In this document: piece after piece, positions 60,343-64,000 of the stretch
Layout: each line of letters starts with the position of its first letter
Position numbering within the stretch: the stretch's first letter is position 1
NCBI GenBank assembly: GCA_951406725.2
Contig: OX597828.1
Span: 77,004,001-77,068,000, forward strand
Reading direction: 5' to 3'
Source of the DNA: Octopus vulgaris
Lineage: Eukaryota
Length of the DNA: 64,000 nt
The notes under the pieces: model-generated
Seen by the model: only the letters and a program-made list of their open reading frames with translations
Told to the model about the DNA's origin: nothing
Database searches by the model: none
Translations under genes and position numbers: made by a program

Positions 60343-60882
60343 CATGATTTTGCTAACATTTCGCCATGTGATTTAATGAATGAATGAATGAAATCAAACG
60401 TTGACGTCGATGAATTCAGGAAGAAAATAAGATTTTCTTAACGAAAATAAAAACAAAGTTAAGTAGAATAAAATAATATAAAGAAAACGAAAGAGAAAAG
60501 AAATTGGGGAGTTAACTGATGTGGATACCACGAGGTATTAACGATTGTTGAACAGACATTGTAATATATGCGTATGTATCTATGGGTCTGTATTTGTACC
60601 TGTGTGTGTCTGTGTATATACATATATGTATGTAGGTGTATATAAATATATATATGTGTATATATATATATATGTATATATGTACATATATATACATAAA
60701 TATGCATACGTATACATACATATATACATATATAGACATATACATACACATGTGTATATATGTATATATGTATATATATGTATGCATATATATATATTTA
60801 TATCCATAGAGATAGATAGATATAGATATATACATATGTGTATTTGTATATATATGTATATATATGTATATGTGAATATATG

Positions 60883-60913
<31 letters not shown>

Positions 60914-61002
60914 TAGCTTGTGTATGCATGTTGTTTAGAAATATGTGTATACATATATATGTTATGCATGTATGTATATATATGCATGTATGTATATATG
61001 TA

Positions 61003-61059
<57 letters not shown>

Positions 61060-61114
61060 TGCATATATATACGCGCATACATGTATACATAAACATATAT
61101 ATAGATGCATGTAA

Positions 61115-61148
<34 letters not shown>

Positions 61149-61649
61149 ACACACACATACAGTGCGGAAGTGAAAACGAAGCAAGCAACAAAATAAAAAC
61201 GAATGAAGAATGACAGAGTTTGGTCAGTGAACGGCTGGAAGTCATTTGGCAGGTTCATTACCCATGGTTCAATTTCTAGAAATATCAGCGAGATGCAATA
61301 ACATTCATTATAATCTTTTTATATCCGGTTCTGTTTATTCTAGAATGTTCGACCTATAAATGATGAAGAAACCAACAAGACGTACCAGCGAAATCATCTT
61401 TCATGTTAAACAATTAGGATTAATTACATTGTTTTATTGTTTTCATTCATTTAGTTTCTCTTCTCTTTGCTTCAATTAATATCATGTTTCAGGTGATTGT
61501 ATCTTTTAGTTTTCCTGTTGTGGTGTTATTGTTGTCGTTGTTGTTATTGTTGGTGTCTTTGTTGTTCTTGTTGTTTTTGTTGTTATTTTCGTTGTCATTC
61601 TTGCTTTTGTTTTTCTGAGTAAGAGCGTAAGCGTTCTCTGTGAAAATCT

Positions 61650-62035
61650 AGACGTTGATGAGGATTAACTGCTCTGTTTCGGAGGACTTTCAAGCTCGGT
61701 ACTACCGTCCTGCACGAAGTCATGCAATGTCCAAGCATCGCTGGCTTTTGAAGCTATGTCGAAAAGACGGTATCACGCAGGGAACAAATCGGATCATCAG
61801 GCGAATCCATTTTGAGGATCGTCCCATCACACAACTTTAACAAGGCATGGCATGCGTTGTTCGATAGTGACTATGGCGAAAGAGGTTGTGTAGTGGATTA
61901 GGCTGAAGGTAAGCCGTCATCGACATTTTAAAGTTCAGCATGGAAAGGAAGGTGAGGGTTGAAAGGAATTTATAAAAGCATGGTTGACTGCCGCAAAAAT
62001 AGTTACAGTGAATGACCCTGCTCTGAGCTTATGCT
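61650..62035 (+). mobile_element. Older Tx1-like 3' fragment related to 57153-58480
   Basis: TVLHEVMQCPSI, MAKEVV*WIRLK, and ggaaggtgagggttga resembling RKVRVE. Confidence 0.6.
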
Positions 62036-62868
62036 GTAGATTGAAGAAGAACAGATGGGCGAAGGATTACGTCTTTGAAGTTTAGGGTAATACTGGATCT
62101 TCGGTATTCCTTTACTGGCCCTAATCGGAGATTTTCTTATTTGAAGAGATATACTTTATGTACTATGCATAATTTTCTATCATCCCACCATCTTTCCCAT
62201 TTTTTCCACTCATCATTTATGTAAAACCCCGCACATATTTTACGCAGTCCTTACGATGTACCATTCATCTATACCTCACTGGCTAATATAAGAATTAATA
62301 GGATTATAGTTATTATTAATATTATTATTATTATCACCCTCATCCTCATCATCATTAATATTTGGCAGTGAATGAATGGAACCGAAAACGAAACCCATTA
62401 TTTACCTTAATCTTTTTAGTTGACCTTCATTTCTAAGTCCAAACTCCTGTCTAAATTCATTTATCCCTTTTCAAACCCCTAGGATTTTTACAGTTTTTTT
62501 CAAAGCAAACGCATCACAACAATTGAGCCATAATACTCATATTAGATATGACTGGCAGCGAACAGTATTCAGAACAGTTTGGTCAGTCTATAAAAATAAA
62601 TTTATATGTCTCTTTTATTTTGTGTCTTATTTTATGAGGGAACACATCGTTGCCAACGCTGTCGATACGGTTCGATGCATTTATGCGTGAACAAACAGTC
62701 ACCCCTTGACTGTCTCTCTCACGTCGACACATTGACAGAAATGATGGAGAGTCTGTAGAAGTGAAGGAGAACAAATGAGGATTTTATTTTATCTAGGAGC
62801 TCAGATTTTCATTTATGTGTGTACATTTATGAGTGTGCGTGTATAAATAAACAGAAACATGTAGATAT

Positions 62869-62959
<91 letters not shown>

Positions 62960-63082
62960 TATATATATATGCATATCTATTTATATATATATATTTATAT
63001 ATATATTTTTTATATTTGTATGTATATATATAAATGCATATATAAATATATGTATATGTATATATATGTATGTATAATTAGG

Positions 63083-63113
<31 letters not shown>

Positions 63114-63127
63114 TATTATATAGAAGG

Positions 63128-63178
63128 AGCTTCTACAGGACTAGTACTGTTTCATTCAAGAGAAATCTTCAGGAAGCT
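63128..63178 (-). ncRNA. Type-I hammerhead ribozyme with a complete stem III
   Basis: AGCUUC CUGAAGA UUUC ucuu GAAU GAAA CAG uacuaguc CUG UA GAAGCU: 6 bp stem I, GUA cleavage triplet, U-U at the base of stem II. Confidence 0.8.
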
Positions 63179-63283
63179 ATTAACAAGAATTGTATTAGCA
63201 TTTATACATTTAGAGGAGTGGTGGTGGGGGACTTTTTGGGGTAGGCATAGCGCAAAATATCATACTTGGGGGAGTGGTCAAGG

Positions 63284-63447
63284 TAATAAAAAAATAAAAA
63301 ATAAAAATATAAAAATAAAAAGATAAAATAAAAGAATAAAAATAAAAAATATAAAAAATATAAAAAATATAAAAAATATAAAAAATATATATAAAAAAAT
63401 ATATAAAAAAATATATATATAAAATATATATATATAAAATATATATA
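63284..63447. repeat. A-rich degenerate (AAAAATATA)-like tandem tract
   Basis: Directly visible. Confidence 0.85.
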
Positions 63448-63555
63448 TAAAAAAAAGGGGGGGATAGAGTTATAGGTAAATAAGGAGATTCTCACTTATA
63501 CCTATACACACATGTATACGTATCTACACACACATACGCACATACACATATATCT

Positions 63556-63604
<49 letters not shown>

Positions 63605-64000
63605 CCTACACATACACACATACATACATACAAATGTACATATACATATATATATATACATACAATCCAATACAGGCCCATTCCCTAATTTTAATTTTAT
63701 TATCTTCATTTATTACTTTTGTTATCTTTGATCGCTAAGGCTAAGAATCCTGGCAATAGCTGCTTGTCCATTAGTCTGTCTACTAGAAGGCAAGTACTCA
63801 TTCCCGCACGCACACTCATTAGCACGTACATTCACCCATTCGTACACTCATACACATACACGTACGCACGCGTTATATTCATACATACAAACATCTACAT
63901 ACGTTCACGTATATACACATACGTACTCGTACCTACAGATTCGTGTCTACACTTTAGAGGCTAGTCTATACATATACACCAATAAATATACATATATATA

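Overview
AT-rich, microsatellite-saturated eukaryotic DNA. The SINE families suggest a coleoid cephalopod such as Octopus, but that is an inference. No intact protein-coding gene is visible, and nearly all ORF-track entries are translations of simple repeats. Recognisable content: (1) R4/Dong-type non-LTR retrotransposon fragments, two of them young and sitting in (TAA)n, one followed by a perfect array of at least 3.4 kb; (2) a full-length decayed Chapaev3-type DNA transposon; (3) Tx1/L1, RTE and Penelope (GIY-YIG) relics; (4) a Tc1/mariner MITE and a rearranged transposase end; (5) many tRNA-derived SINEs; (6) a few weak candidate host exons. The most notable signal is a set of short non-coding elements carrying type-I hammerhead ribozyme (HHR) folds from several sequence families, often with Penelope-style inverted ends. 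One two-copy family fuses a tRNA-like Pol III head to an HHR-bearing Penelope-like tail, making it a candidate Penelope-mobilised SINE or retrozyme. All alignments and RNA folds were read by eye, and boundaries are approximate to a few bases.
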